Notes: generated by a model from the letters alone, not told the origin. A stretch of 64,000 bases of DNA from an uncultured Collinsella sp. (GCA_900544845.1 UQWV01000002.1:20721-84720), one strand, 5' to 3'. Shown: positions 8,833 through 19,424, counted from the first letter of the stretch. Program-made: numbers and translations.

Positions 8833-8930
8833 ATGCGAATGGGACTGGGTCGCCGGGTCTCTCTGCAAACAGAAAAGCCGGTTGGAACGTGAATTCCAAC
8901 CGGCTGCGAAGCGAGATTATGTTGGGCCGT

Positions 8931-9338
8931 CTACGACTGCGCGCCCTCGAGGAAAAGGCGGCGGCTAAAGTAGTTGTACCAGGTGACCAGGAACGTGGCG
9001 ATGGCCTTCATGGCCTGGTAGCCGATGCTCAAAAACGTGACGCCCACAAACATGTACAGGTCGTTGAGACCCAGGCCAATCACCGACAGGATGGTGAAAA
9101 TCGTGAACTCGCGCTTGCGGCTCATGCCCTCGCGGTGGTCGAACACGTACTTCATGCTGAGCCAGTAGTTGACCACGACGGACGTGATAAACGAGATCGT
9201 GGTGCTCATCAAAAAGTCGAGATGGAACAGCTCGACGAGTGCAATGAGCATGCCCCAGTCGATGCCAAAGGAGATAAGTCCCACGACAGCGAACTTGAGG
9301 AACTGCTTGGTATGAGGTTGTGCCAGTTCCTTGCGCAC
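8931..9338 (-). CDS. GtrA-family membrane protein (polysaccharide/glycosylation-associated flippase-like)
   Basis: 135 aa with 4 TM helices and the GtrA-like motif KFAVVGLISFGIDWGML…. Confidence 0.8.
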   Translation of the reverse strand: MRKELAQPHTKQFLKFAVVGLISFGIDWGMLIALVELFHLDFLMSTTISFITSVVVNYWLSMKYVFDHREGMSRKREFTIFTILSVIGLGLNDLYMFVGVTFLSIGYQAMKAIATFLVTWYNYFSRRLFLEGAQS

Positions 9339-9557
9339 GTAATCACATCCAATGCGTTGACGAATCGAGCAGAGGATACTTTAGAGCTTTTGCAAGGGAA
9401 ACGTAAGGGCTTTGCCAAGAACTATACGAACTCGTCAAATTTGCAAGAGACAATCCGCAAACGTCGTAAATCCTTCCGTAAACGAGCGAGGCCCACGAAC
9501 AACACGGTGCTCGACGCGCGTCATCCGTGGGTCCCGTAGTGCAACGAGGAGGCCGAG

Positions 9558-9955
9558 CTACTTGGTCTCCTCGCCCTCCAGGAAGATCTTTCGGGTCACA
9601 AAGTTGTAGACCATGACCAGTGCGGTGGCGCAAATCTTGGCGATATTGGCCTCGAGCCCCAGGCCGGCGTTGAGCGTCAGCACGATACCGTCGTTGAGAG
9701 CCAGGCCGATCACAGACAGCACGACAAAGATGATGAACTCGCGGCGGCGGCTCATGCCCTCCTTGTGCGCAAACACGTACTTCATGCTCGCGACGTAGTT
9801 AAAGATGAGCGAGACGATAAAGCCGCTGGTGTTGGCGATCAGGATGTTAAGGCCCAGGCCGTAATGGAGCAGATTCATGATGCCAAAGTCGATGACGGTG
9901 GCAATGACGCCGACGACGCCAAACTTCATGATCTGCGCAAGGAGCTTTTGCATGG
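9558..9955 (-). CDS. GtrA-family membrane protein, tandem paralog
   Basis: Start taken as ATG 9955 (MQKLLAQIMKFGVVGVIATVIDFGIMNLL…), giving 132 aa. The ORF track extends to a TTG at 10016. The protein is paralogous to 8931..9338. Confidence 0.7.
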
Positions 9956-10031
9956 TACCTGCCTTAGGGTGGCGCCGGAGCGCCGCGGGGATGACGAACT
10001 CAGCAAGTTTAGCCAATCCCCGCAGGCGGGG

Positions 10032-11948
10032 CTAGGCGCGCTCCTCGATAGCACCGTTTCTATATGCATCGAGCAGTTGGCGTAGGTCCTGGATCTGGCT
10101 GCGGATCTTGGCACCGGTATCGGTGTCGCTCACCATGCGGCGACGGTCGGCCTGGTCAAAACGGTTGGTCTCGCTCTCGATGTCCACGTTGCGCGTGAGC
10201 GCTTCGGCAACCGTTGTAAAGGCCCGGTGTGACTTGAGGCGGCAGCCGCGTGAGCTCGAGATGAGCGTGTAGCCGGCGATGCCCGTCTTGGGATGGTAGG
10301 CGCGGCAGAAGCCGCCATCGATGACCAGCAGCTTGCCCTCGGCGCGGATGGGCTGCTCGCCCTTGGTGGTTTTAACGGGTGTGTGGCCGTTGATGATGTG
10401 GCCGGTCGGCGAACATGCCATGGGGGCAACGCCGAACTCGTGCATGATGTCGTCGCAGACCGAGGGCGACTTGGTAAGCGTAAAGTACGGGTCCATCGGC
10501 TCGACCCAAGTGCTCTTATCAGCGATATAGGCGCGCTCAAAGGTACGCACCAGGCGTCCACTGGCGGGTGAGTTAAAGCCGATCCACAGGTACCACATCC
10601 AGTCGAGGGCGTCGCGGTCGCCCACGCGCCAGGCGCGGCGGGCGATGCGGTCGCAAAAATCGAGATAATCGCGGCCGGCGTGCCAGGCACCCAGGCAGTT
10701 CATGCTGCTAAAGGTGCCGTCTTCGTTGAGCGGCACGCAGCCGTGGAAGAGCAGGTTGCCGTTGGTGACCTTGTACATCGAGCCGTGGGTGTAGAGGAAA
10801 TCGATATGGCGATGCAGGTGATCGGCGGTGACAAACTCGGACACGAGCTTGTCGATGATGTGTTGCTCCTGGGGCGTGAGCGTGTAGGGGTCCGTCGGGT
10901 CGACGGTGGGGAAGTCGTTGGTCGTGAGCGGCCACACGCTGCCGTCGGCGAGCGTGACCGTGCCGGTGTCGTGGTCGATCTTGTCGAGCAGCAGGCGGTC
11001 GGTCATGTCGAACTCGGGGTGACGCTGGATAATCTGGCCCTCGAGTTTAAAGAGCAGCACGTTGATGGCCTTGATCAGCGGGGTGATGGACTCGCCGGCG
11101 GAATAGGTGGCATCGGCAAAGGCGACGAGCTCACGCAGCGAGATGCCGTAGTCGTTCTCGAGGATCTCGTAATTGTCGTAGCGCAGGTTGTTGCGCAGCA
11201 CCGTGGCGATGCAGGCAGGCTCACCGGCAGCGGCGCCCATCCACAGCAGGTCGTGGTTGCCCCACTGAATGTCGAGCGAATGGTAGGTGAGCAGGCGGTC
11301 CATAATCTTGGCCGCACCGCCGCCGCGGTCGAAGATGTCGCCCACCAAGTGCAGGTGGTCGACGGCGAGGCGCTTGATGAGCGAGGCGAGCGACTCGATA
11401 AAGTCGTCGGCGCTGGCGGTCTCCAAGATGGATTCGATAATGCGCTCGTGATAACGCACGCGGTAGTTGTTCTCATCCGGATGCGTGTGCAGCAGCTCGT
11501 CGATGATGTAGGCGTAATCGCGCGGGATGGCCTTACGCACCTTGGAGCGGGTATAGCGGCTCGAAAGCGAGCGGGCAACCACAATGAGTTGGTCGAGCAT
11601 AGTCTTGTACCAGGTGGGCGAGTCCTCGTGCTGGCTGCGGACCAGCTCGATCTTCTCGCGCGGGTAGTAGATGAGCGTGCACAGCTCGCCCTTTTCGTCA
11701 AAGGAGAGCGTGTCGCCAAAGATCTCGTCGACATGTTCGCGCACGACACCCGAGCAGTTGTTGAGGATGTGCATAAAGGCTTCGTACTCGCCGTGCACGT
11801 CGCTCATAAAATGCTCGGTGCCTTTGGGCAGGTTGAGGATGGCCGAGAGGTTGATAATTTCGGTAAATGCGGATTGTTCGGTGGGGAACTGTCTCGACAG
11901 CAGGCGCAGATACTTAAAGTCTTGCGGGTTGCGATCGAATACGACCAT
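10032..11948 (-). CDS. fbp: Fructose-1,6-bisphosphatase class 3 (Firmicutes-type)
   Basis: ~640 aa with the FBPase class 3 signature (…KYLRLLSRQFPTEQSAFTEIINLSAILNLPKGTEHFMSDVHGEY…). ATG at 11948 with GGAAGGTG RBS. The ORF track starts at 11993. Confidence 0.85.
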   Translation of the reverse strand: MVVFDRNPQDFKYLRLLSRQFPTEQSAFTEIINLSAILNLPKGTEHFMSDVHGEYEAFMHILNNCSGVVREHVDEIFGDTLSFDEKGELCTLIYYPREKIELVRSQHEDSPTWYKTMLDQLIVVARSLSSRYTRSKVRKAIPRDYAYIIDELLHTHPDENNYRVRYHERIIESILETASADDFIESLASLIKRLAVDHLHLVGDIFDRGGGAAKIMDRLLTYHSLDIQWGNHDLLWMGAAAGEPACIATVLRNNLRYDNYEILENDYGISLRELVAFADATYSAGESITPLIKAINVLLFKLEGQIIQRHPEFDMTDRLLLDKIDHDTGTVTLADGSVWPLTTNDFPTVDPTDPYTLTPQEQHIIDKLVSEFVTADHLHRHIDFLYTHGSMYKVTNGNLLFHGCVPLNEDGTFSSMNCLGAWHAGRDYLDFCDRIARRAWRVGDRDALDWMWYLWIGFNSPASGRLVRTFERAYIADKSTWVEPMDPYFTLTKSPSVCDDIMHEFGVAPMACSPTGHIINGHTPVKTTKGEQPIRAEGKLLVIDGGFCRAYHPKTGIAGYTLISSSRGCRLKSHRAFTTVAEALTRNVDIESETNRFDQADRRRMVSDTDTGAKIRSQIQDLRQLLDAYRNGAIEERA

Positions 11949-12267
11949 GAAACACCTTCCGATGGGGCTGGTAAAACTGATAAACAGCGTCAAACGTTTA
12001 TCAGTATGCGCCGCTTTTGTTTCGATTTTGCGCCAGCGGCTGAATTGTCGGCTGAATGGTTTGGTAAATCGATTTAGTTGAGGTTGATGTGTCGGTTAAG
12101 TGGAGACGAAGGGGATGATTTTGCCCATGTTGGCCCATGGCTGGGATGGGGATGTTGATGATAAAGATATTCAATGCCAATGGTTCGAATTGGTAAATAG
12201 TGGACATTTGTATCGTATTTAGGCTTGCTGTGCGATAATTTGCGTAGCAATACTTAAGGAGCCTCAT

Positions 12268-13158
12268 ATGAGTGATTTTGTCCTGACCTGTGAATCCGCC
12301 GCCGACCGAACCCGTGAGTTCTTTGCGTCGCGCAATATCCCTGTCGTGTGTTTTCATTACGAGATCGACGAGGTTGTCTATACGGACGATCTGTATCAGT
12401 CGATTGCGCCGGACGAGTTTTTTGCCCAGATTGCCGCGGGCGCCATGCCCAAGACGTCTCAGGTGAGCGTGGGTGAGTACGAGGAGTTTTGGGAGCCGTT
12501 TGTTACCGAGGGTAAAGACGTGCTGCACCTGACGTTGTCGTCGGGTATTTCGGGTACGTATGGTTCGGCTTGCGTTGCGGCACAGATGCTCGCGGATCGC
12601 TATCCCCAGGGCGGCAAGGTGCGTGTCATCGATTCACTGGGGGCGTCTTCGGGCTTTGGCCTATTGCTGGAATATGCCGCCGACGTTCGCGATAGCGGCG
12701 CTTCGCTCGATGAGACGGCCGCTTGGATTGAGGAGCATAAACTCAACCTGCACCACTGGTTCTTCTCGACCGATCTGTCGAGCTACCTGCGTGGCGGTCG
12801 CATTTCGGCCGCGAGCGCGATCATCGGCACGGCGCTTAAGATTTGCCCACTCATGACGGTAGATTGCGAAGGTGGGCTGTCGCCACGTGAGAAGATCCGC
12901 ACCAAGAAGCGCGCGATTTCCGAGATGGCTAAGACCATGATGGCACACGTGCAGGACGGTGCGGATTATTCGGGTAAGTGCGTCTTGTCCCATTCGGCGT
13001 GCCGCGAGGATGCCGAGGCCGTTGCGGCGCTGATTGAGGAACAGATTCCGCAGCTCAAAGGCAAGATTGAAATCAACAATATCGGTGCTCTGATCGGTTC
13101 GCACACCGGACCAGGTACGGTGGCGCTCTTCTTTATGGGCGACAAGCGCGTGGATTAA
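12268..13158 (+). CDS. DegV family fatty-acid-binding protein
   Basis: 296 aa with the DegV fold signature. AAGGAG RBS; a TGcGATAAT extended -10-like element lies ~30 nt upstream. Confidence 0.85.
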   Translation: MSDFVLTCESAADRTREFFASRNIPVVCFHYEIDEVVYTDDLYQSIAPDEFFAQIAAGAMPKTSQVSVGEYEEFWEPFVTEGKDVLHLTLSSGISGTYGSACVAAQMLADRYPQGGKVRVIDSLGASSGFGLLLEYAADVRDSGASLDETAAWIEEHKLNLHHWFFSTDLSSYLRGGRISAASAIIGTALKICPLMTVDCEGGLSPREKIRTKKRAISEMAKTMMAHVQDGADYSGKCVLSHSACREDAEAVAALIEEQIPQLKGKIEINNIGALIGSHTGPGTVALFFMGDKRVD

Positions 13159-13239
13159 TTTGCCTCATCACGTCGCTGCATGATTGCTCAAACGAAAACG
13201 GCCCGCCTCACGTTTGTGGGGCGGGCCTTGCTGTTGCGG

Positions 13240-14331
13240 TTAGCGTTTCTTTCCGCGGAAGAAGAAGCCATGCAGTGACGGCTTGAGTCCACGGTTGGCG
13301 CGATGCTCCTCGACGCGCTCGTGGATCGAAGCGACGCGCTCGATAACCTCGTCGGGAATCGGCACGTCGGGATTCATGTTCTCGACCTGACTGACCTCGG
13401 CGGCGGCAACCTGGTCGATAATGGGCACATCGTCGCGCGAGATGACGGGCGTGGCGTCTTCTTTCATCTTGCGGTAGCGCTGCATCATGTCGGTCTGCAG
13501 CTGCTGGGCCGAAGGCGGCGTCCAGATGATGGCGTTGGCGCCGGCGGCGATGGTCTCGCGGATGCTCTCGGGTGTTTTGCCGCCCGGTGCGATGAGCGGC
13601 AGGTTGGGATAGTGCTCGCGCAGTTCACGTAGGACCTGGGGCGTGTTTTTGCCGGCGGCGATGTTGAGAATCTTGGCTCCGGCGCGTACTTTGGCATGCG
13701 CATCATCGTCGCAACGTACGACTGTGGCGATGACGGGGATGTCGGCGATGTTGGTGATGTGCTCGACCATCTCGGCAGTGGCGGGGGAGTTGACCACGCA
13801 GCCCGCCGCGCCCTGCATCTCGGAGACGGCTGCCATCTGCACGGAGCGCTTACCGGTCGTAGTTCCGCCGCCCACGCCTACAAAGACCGGGCACTCGGCG
13901 ACAGTCAACAGCGCCTGCGTAATGGCAGGCTGTGGCGTGAAGGGGTAAACGGCAAAGACGGCATCGGCGTTGGAGTTGCGGATGACCGCCACGTCGGTGG
14001 TGTAGATAAGCGACTTGATGCGACGGCCGAAGAGCGTAAAGCCGCTGGCCTCCTCGATCTCGTCGGGCATGCGGAGGGCCGCCTTGCGCAGACGTCCGTC
14101 GATGGGCAGCGGCTCCATGGGGAGCAGTCCGTTGGGGGTCACGGCTACCTGGGGCTCGGTGAACTCGTCTGCTAGCTCGACCTCGGAAAAATCGACCGAG
14201 GCGACGATGTCCTCGTGAACCTCGGCGGGAACATCGATGGGGGCCTGGTCGTTCGTCGCGGCAGGCGCGTCGAAGGAACTGGTGCCGACAAAGGCGTCGA
14301 CGCGCTCGTTCAAATCGTTGAGAGTATCCAT
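13240..14331 (-). CDS. Uncharacterized (beta/alpha)8-barrel-like protein with acidic N-terminal region
   Basis: 363 aa. The motifs …FVGVGGGTTTGKR…PVIATVV…LIAPGGKTPESIRETIAAGANAIIW resemble phosphate-binding TIM-barrel families (ThiG/HisA-like end strands). The family was not identified. Confidence 0.6.
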   Translation of the reverse strand: MDTLNDLNERVDAFVGTSSFDAPAATNDQAPIDVPAEVHEDIVASVDFSEVELADEFTEPQVAVTPNGLLPMEPLPIDGRLRKAALRMPDEIEEASGFTLFGRRIKSLIYTTDVAVIRNSNADAVFAVYPFTPQPAITQALLTVAECPVFVGVGGGTTTGKRSVQMAAVSEMQGAAGCVVNSPATAEMVEHITNIADIPVIATVVRCDDDAHAKVRAGAKILNIAAGKNTPQVLRELREHYPNLPLIAPGGKTPESIRETIAAGANAIIWTPPSAQQLQTDMMQRYRKMKEDATPVISRDDVPIIDQVAAAEVSQVENMNPDVPIPDEVIERVASIHERVEEHRANRGLKPSLHGFFFRGKKR

Positions 14332-14520
14332 GGCGGTCCGTTTCTATGTTGCGCGCCCGTCGGCGTACGACCGGCGTTGTGTTTGCTAAATCGTTTGACT
14401 AGTTGATTTTTCCCCGCTGCGCCATCCGTTAGACCGAAGGGTCGGCGAACGTGAAGGAGCTGTGGTGGCGGGGATTGAGGTGCTATCTTGAAAGTCCCGT
14501 TTAAAAGAGAGGTGACGCGG

Positions 14521-14691
14521 TATGGAATTGGCAGCAATGTTTGGCTCGATTGGCCTGTGTGTGGGCGCAATCGTTGCCGCCGCGGTCATCTACTTGGTGG
14601 TCACGGCCATTAAGGGCAAAAGAGCCGAGCGCAAGGAGCGTGAGGCACTTAAGCAGCACCGTGACCAGCAGGACAAGCGCGCACGGAGATA
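14521..14691 (+). CDS. Possible small membrane protein (56 aa), not in the ORF track
   Basis: ATG at 14521 preceded by AGAGAGG. Translation MELAAMFGSIGLCVGAIVAAAVIYLVVTAIKGKRAERKEREALKQHRDQQDKRARR has one TM helix and a basic tail. Confidence 0.35.
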
Positions 14692-14716
14692 GCTTGTTGA
14701 GTTTTGGATCCCTGCG

Positions 14717-15820
14717 CTAGCTGCGTTTTCGGATCAGGGCGATATAGAAGCCCTCAAAGTCGCGGCTGGGCGGAATGGTCAGCGTGCCGGGCATACCGTT
14801 GGCGACGGACGAGACGTGGCCGGCGGCGATAGCCTCGGTGAGGGCGTTGCTCTCGACGCGTGGCTCTTCGCCAGCTTCCTGGGCACGGTGCGTTTCGCTT
14901 TCGCTCGGCGTGCCGTCGAGGGGAATGAGCTCGCAGTCCATATGCTTGTCGAGGGCCTCTTGCAGGGCGTCCTCGTTTTCCTGCGGCAAGATCGAACAAG
15001 TCGAATAGACGAGCGTGCCGCCCGGTTTGAGGGCTCCCATGGCGCGGTCCAGAAGTGCTCGCTGCGAGCGGGCGCACTTGCCAAGCAACTGCTCGGTGAG
15101 GCCGCGCAGGCTCTTTTCGTTGTCGCTGATGACGGTGCCCGTGCCGGTGCAAGGGGCGTCGAGCAGGATGCGGTCAAAGCGGAAGAACTCGTCGAGCTCG
15201 CGTGCGTCGATGCGCATGACGGGCACGTTTTTTGCGCCTTGGCGGTGGAGGTTGGCTTCGAGCTTCTCGGCGCGGGGAATGCTCATCTCGCAGGCTGTGA
15301 GGTGTGCCTGGCCCTGGGTGAGGGCGGCGATCTGCGTCGTCTTGCCACCGGGGGCCGCGCACATGTCCAGGATGTCCTCGCCGGCTTGAGCGCCCAGGAC
15401 CAACGGTGGCATCATGGACGACAGGCTCTGCAAGTAGATCTTGCCGTCGCGGTAGATGTCGAGGTCCCACAGGTCGGAAACCTGGGCCTCGGGCAGGATG
15501 AAGGCATCCCGGTACCAGGTAACGGTTTGGTGCGCGATGCCGGCCTCGTCGAGTGCGGCGGCGATGTCTTCGGCAGTCGCCTTGAGCGTGTTGGCGCGCA
15601 GCGTGACCGGGCGTGTGGCCGCAGCGCCAAAGCCTTCGATCATGAGCTCGGCATCGGAGGGGGCATAAGCACCGGCGACCGTGTCGACCATAAAGCGCGG
15701 CAGGTCGGCGGCGCAGGGAAGGGCGGCAAGCTGGTCGGAAAGCTCGGTAGCGGCAAACTGCCTGAGCTTGAGCTCGGCCTTGACCTGCTTTTTCTGCTTA
15801 TGACGACGCGGCTTGGACAT
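14717..15820 (-). CDS. RsmB/RsmF/NOP2-family rRNA cytosine-C5 methyltransferase
   Basis: Motifs DMCAAPGGKT, DAPCTGTGT and YSTCS. GGAAGGA RBS. Confidence 0.8.
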   Translation of the reverse strand: MSKPRRHKQKKQVKAELKLRQFAATELSDQLAALPCAADLPRFMVDTVAGAYAPSDAELMIEGFGAAATRPVTLRANTLKATAEDIAAALDEAGIAHQTVTWYRDAFILPEAQVSDLWDLDIYRDGKIYLQSLSSMMPPLVLGAQAGEDILDMCAAPGGKTTQIAALTQGQAHLTACEMSIPRAEKLEANLHRQGAKNVPVMRIDARELDEFFRFDRILLDAPCTGTGTVISDNEKSLRGLTEQLLGKCARSQRALLDRAMGALKPGGTLVYSTCSILPQENEDALQEALDKHMDCELIPLDGTPSESETHRAQEAGEEPRVESNALTEAIAAGHVSSVANGMPGTLTIPPSRDFEGFYIALIRKRS

Positions 15821-15988
15821 CCGTCTTTCCTTCCCATTCCATTAAAAGTAGTCAATTTGGGACGGGGCTATTTTAGCTACCCCGTCCATGACTCCCGTCA
15901 CAAAAAGACTGTACTGTGGCGCCCGGGAATGATTTTTTAATCCCCGTCCCAGAATAATCATTCCCGGGCGCGTTGCTACTAGCGTGCT

Positions 15989-18141
15989 TTAGTACTGGCT
16001 CTCGTGCTTGCTGAAGAAGTCGAAGCGCGGGGGCAGCGGCTTCACGCGGTGCTCGCCGGGCTTCTCGCCTAGGCTCTCCACGAACTCGTCCGTGGAGGCA
16101 AAGATGTTATCCCAGCTAAAGAAAGCGACCGGGTCGACGTCGAAGTACTCGCAGATGAGCTCGCAGCCGGCCGGGACGATGCCGTGCATGAGCACGGTCG
16201 CCACGCGCAGCTCGGTAAAGGCGTCGACCAAGGCCTGCGTCATGGCGGCGTTGGCCGGCTCACCCTCGAGCTTGTTGGCGGCCTTGGAGGCGTCGCTCCA
16301 GCGCTTGTTGGCGGCACGCAGGTAGTCGTCGCACACGGCGAGCGCGCGGTGCGTCTCGAACTTGTACATGGCCTGCTCAAAGGCAAGGGCGGCCTGCTCG
16401 GCAGCCTCGACCACGGCGGCAGAGGCGGCACCGGCGGGGATGCAGCCGTTGCGATAGGGGCTCTCGTCGCCCTCCTTGACGGCGACGCCGTAGAAGCAGC
16501 TGCGGGCCAGGCGGTTGAAGACGCCGGTCAAAAGGGCGCTCTCCTTAAGGGCCGGGTCGATAACGCGCTTGTCGTCGCAGGCACGCACCTCGTTGCCGTC
16601 CTTGTCCTTGCCGGTCACGCGCGTGTCGTATGCCTTGGGGCTAAAGCTCACCGGCTTCTCGGATAGGCCGAGCGACAGCCAATGCGCGCGCATCTGCTCG
16701 CAGGTGTAGTGGTTGAGCAGGTCGTCTGCCGGCGGGGGAGGCGTCTGCGAGGACGAGCTGGCCTTTTTGCCCATGTAGAGCAGGTGATAGCAGGCGCTGA
16801 CGGTGCTCTGCGTAAGGTTCCAACCCAGGGCCTCCCACATGGCGGTCTGCGCGATGCAGTAGAAGTAGATGTTGTCCTGACCGATAAACTGGTAGACCTG
16901 AGCGTCGTCAGAGCACCACCAGTCGCGCCAGTCGAGCGAGCTGTGCTGGTAGGTGGGCGCAGGGACCTGCGTGGAATCGGCGGCGGGCTCGCCCATGAGG
17001 GCGGCATCCTGGGCGGCGACGCCCTCGGTCACGCCGGCGGCCTTGGCATCGCGCGCGAGCACGGTGCGCGTATAGCTGATGGGCGCCCATAGGCTCTCGG
17101 GCCAGCACCAGCAGGTGACGTCGGAGACGCCATCGACCTCGGGCGCCGGAACGCCCCAGTCGATGTTGCCGGTGATGCGGAAGGGCACGAGCGCCTTGCC
17201 GCTGCGGAAGCGCACGCCGCCGTTGGCGAGCACCGCGTGGGCGTCGTCGCGCTCCTTCCAGCTGGGGAAGGTGACGGTAAAGCTGCTCTTGTTGCCCTCG
17301 GGCTCCAGCACGGTGTGCTCGGGCAGCTGGTCCTCGACGGCGTCGAAAGCCTCGCGGAACTTGTTCTGGATGTAGAGCTGAGCCGGCAGCAGCCACTCCT
17401 CCATGGTCTTGGAGACCACGGAGCGAACCTGCGGGTTCTGGGCGAGCTTGGCGGTATAGGTCTTCATAAAGTCGAGGTAGGCCGGCAGGTCGAAGTAGAG
17501 GTTGTCGACCGGGCGCAGCTCGGGCACCTCGCCGGTGAGCTGGCTCTTGGGTGCGATGAGCTCCTCGGGCTCAAACTGGTGACCCAGGTCGCACTCGTCG
17601 GCATAGGCCTTCTCGGACTTGCAGCCCTGGATGGGGCAGCGGCCGATCACCTGGCGGCCGTTGAGGAACGTGCCGGCCTTGGCATCGTAGAACTGCAGCG
17701 TGGAGCGTTTGGAGATGGTGCCCTGCTCGTGCAGGCGCTCGATAATCTCGGCGGTAACCTCGTTGTGGATCTGGGCCGCCGGCTCAAGGCCCGAGCCGCC
17801 GTAGATGTCGCAGCTGATGTTGTAGTTGTTGAGGGTCGCGGCCTGGCGGGAGTGGTTGGACTCGACGTACTCGCTAATGGACTTGTCGTAGCCCTCGTTC
17901 TCCTTGAGCTTGCGGTAGCTCTCCATGATGGGCGATCCGTAGCAGTCGGTTCCCGAGGTGAAGATGACATTCTCGCGGCCCAGGCGGTCGCGCAGGAAGC
18001 GGGCGAAGAAGTCGGCCGGGACAAAGACGCCGCCGACGTGGCCAAAGTGAAGGCCCTTGTTGCCGTAGGGCTCGCCGGCGGTAACGATGGCGCGGCGAGG
18101 CCAGCTGGGACGGTCGTTCATGGAGTATCTGGATGCCATGG
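15989..18141 (-). CDS. metG: Methionine--tRNA ligase-like class I aminoacyl-tRNA synthetase with an atypical KMSKS region
   Basis: HIGH region PYGNKGLHFGHVGG. Zn-knuckle region CPIQGCKSEKAYADECDLGHQFEPEELIAPKS aligns with MetRS. WxxSRD.PYFG-like and YQFIGQDNIYFY segments are present. The KMSKS position reads YMGKKASS. Start refined to ATG 18141 (AAGGAG RBS). Confidence 0.7.
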
Positions 18142-18271
18142 GACTCCTTCGCATATAGTAAGGGCGCGGCCGGGCGCAAGGCCTGGCGACGCAGTGGTCA
18201 ATTCGTGCATATCGTTCGACATTATCGCACATGCGGGCGGGTGCGTGACGGGGGCGCTATCCTAAGATGCT

Positions 18272-18838
18272 ATGAATGAGATTTCCAACATACATGCGTT
18301 TGAAGACGAGGATTTTCTGCACGCCTGCTTTGTGTGGGGGATGGCCGTGCTTGGCGCATTTGCCGTGTGCCTGGTGCCGGTGTTTATGCTGCTGGGTGGG
18401 CCCGCGGACTTGGATGCGGCTGACGCGGGCGGTTGGACGGCCGTTTTGGGCTGGATAGTCAGCTTGGCTGCGGTTTCGGCGGCGTCATTTGCCGTGCACG
18501 AGCTGGTGCATGCGGTGTTCTTTAAGCTGTTTGCGCCCGCCGGTGCTCGGGTGACCTTTGGGGCAAATCTCGAAACCTGCATGATTTACGCCTGCGCCGA
18601 GGGCGTGGTGTTTTCGCGCCGGCGGTACATGGTCATTTGCCTGGCGCCGACGGTTGTTGTGACGGCGGCGTTTGCCCTGGGGTTTGCATTCTCGGGCTAT
18701 CCGCTGCTGTGCTATCTGGCGGCCGGCTTGCATTTGTCGGGCTGTGTAGGCGACTGGTATTACGTGCGGACCATCCTGCGCGACCGTCGCATTGTCGCCT
18801 GCGAGGACACATCCTTTGGCGTGCGCTTTTTCGGGTGA
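18272..18838 (+). CDS. DUF3267-family putative zincin peptidase (membrane)
   Basis: HELVH motif and 3-4 TM helices. Confidence 0.65.
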   Translation: MNEISNIHAFEDEDFLHACFVWGMAVLGAFAVCLVPVFMLLGGPADLDAADAGGWTAVLGWIVSLAAVSAASFAVHELVHAVFFKLFAPAGARVTFGANLETCMIYACAEGVVFSRRRYMVICLAPTVVVTAAFALGFAFSGYPLLCYLAAGLHLSGCVGDWYYVRTILRDRRIVACEDTSFGVRFFG

Positions 18839-18842
18839 GGAG

Positions 18843-19424
18843 ATGTCGATGAAGCCGTTGTTGCTGCATGCGTGCTGTGCGCCGTGCTCTCTTGAGCCGG
18901 TCCGCCTGCTGCGCGAGGAAGGGTTTGAGCCCACAATCTGCTGGACAAACCCCAATATTCAGCCGCACGATGAATGGCAGCGGCGTTTGGACGAGCTGCG
19001 CCGGTGGTGTGCCGATGGCGACATCGAGCTTATCGAGGCGGGGGAGGACCGGGAGCGCTGGGAGGCCGGCGTGGCCCCGCTGGGCGCCGATCGAGCCCGT
19101 CGCTGTCGCGCATGCTATGCCCTGCGTCTGGCCGAGGCGTGCCGTGTGGCCCAGGAGCGCGGGTTTGAGTTTGTGGGCACGACGCTCGCCGTCTCGCCGT
19201 ACCAGTTGTTCGAAACTTGCAATGATGTGTTGGAGCGTCTGGCTGCTGCCCGCGGTCTCACTCCGGTGATTCGCGATTTTCGCACGTATTACCCCGAGGC
19301 GACACGTCGTTCGCGCGAGCTGGGCATGTATCGGCAGAACTACTGCGGCTGCCGTTTCTCGGCCGTCGAGGCGGCCATGGACCGCGCCCGCATCCGCGAC
19401 GAGCGCAAAGCGTCCAAAAAGTAG
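18843..19424 (+). CDS. queH: Epoxyqueuosine reductase QueH (DUF208)
   Basis: HACCAPCS and QNYCGCRFS motifs. GGAGA RBS; start 18843 or 18849. Confidence 0.85.
   Translation: MSMKPLLLHACCAPCSLEPVRLLREEGFEPTICWTNPNIQPHDEWQRRLDELRRWCADGDIELIEAGEDRERWEAGVAPLGADRARRCRACYALRLAEACRVAQERGFEFVGTTLAVSPYQLFETCNDVLERLAAARGLTPVIRDFRTYYPEATRRSRELGMYRQNYCGCRFSAVEAAMDRARIRDERKASKK

Noticed and set aside
10680-12077. 465-aa ORF antisense to fbp
   Set aside because: It is a mirror frame of a well-supported FBPase gene with no motifs.
14816-15940. 374-aa ORF antisense to the rRNA methyltransferase
   Set aside because: Same reasoning: antisense to a gene with clear catalytic motifs.
17237-18265. 342-aa ORF antisense to the MetRS-like gene
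   Set aside because: Antisense artifact; Gly/Ala/Val-rich low-complexity translation.
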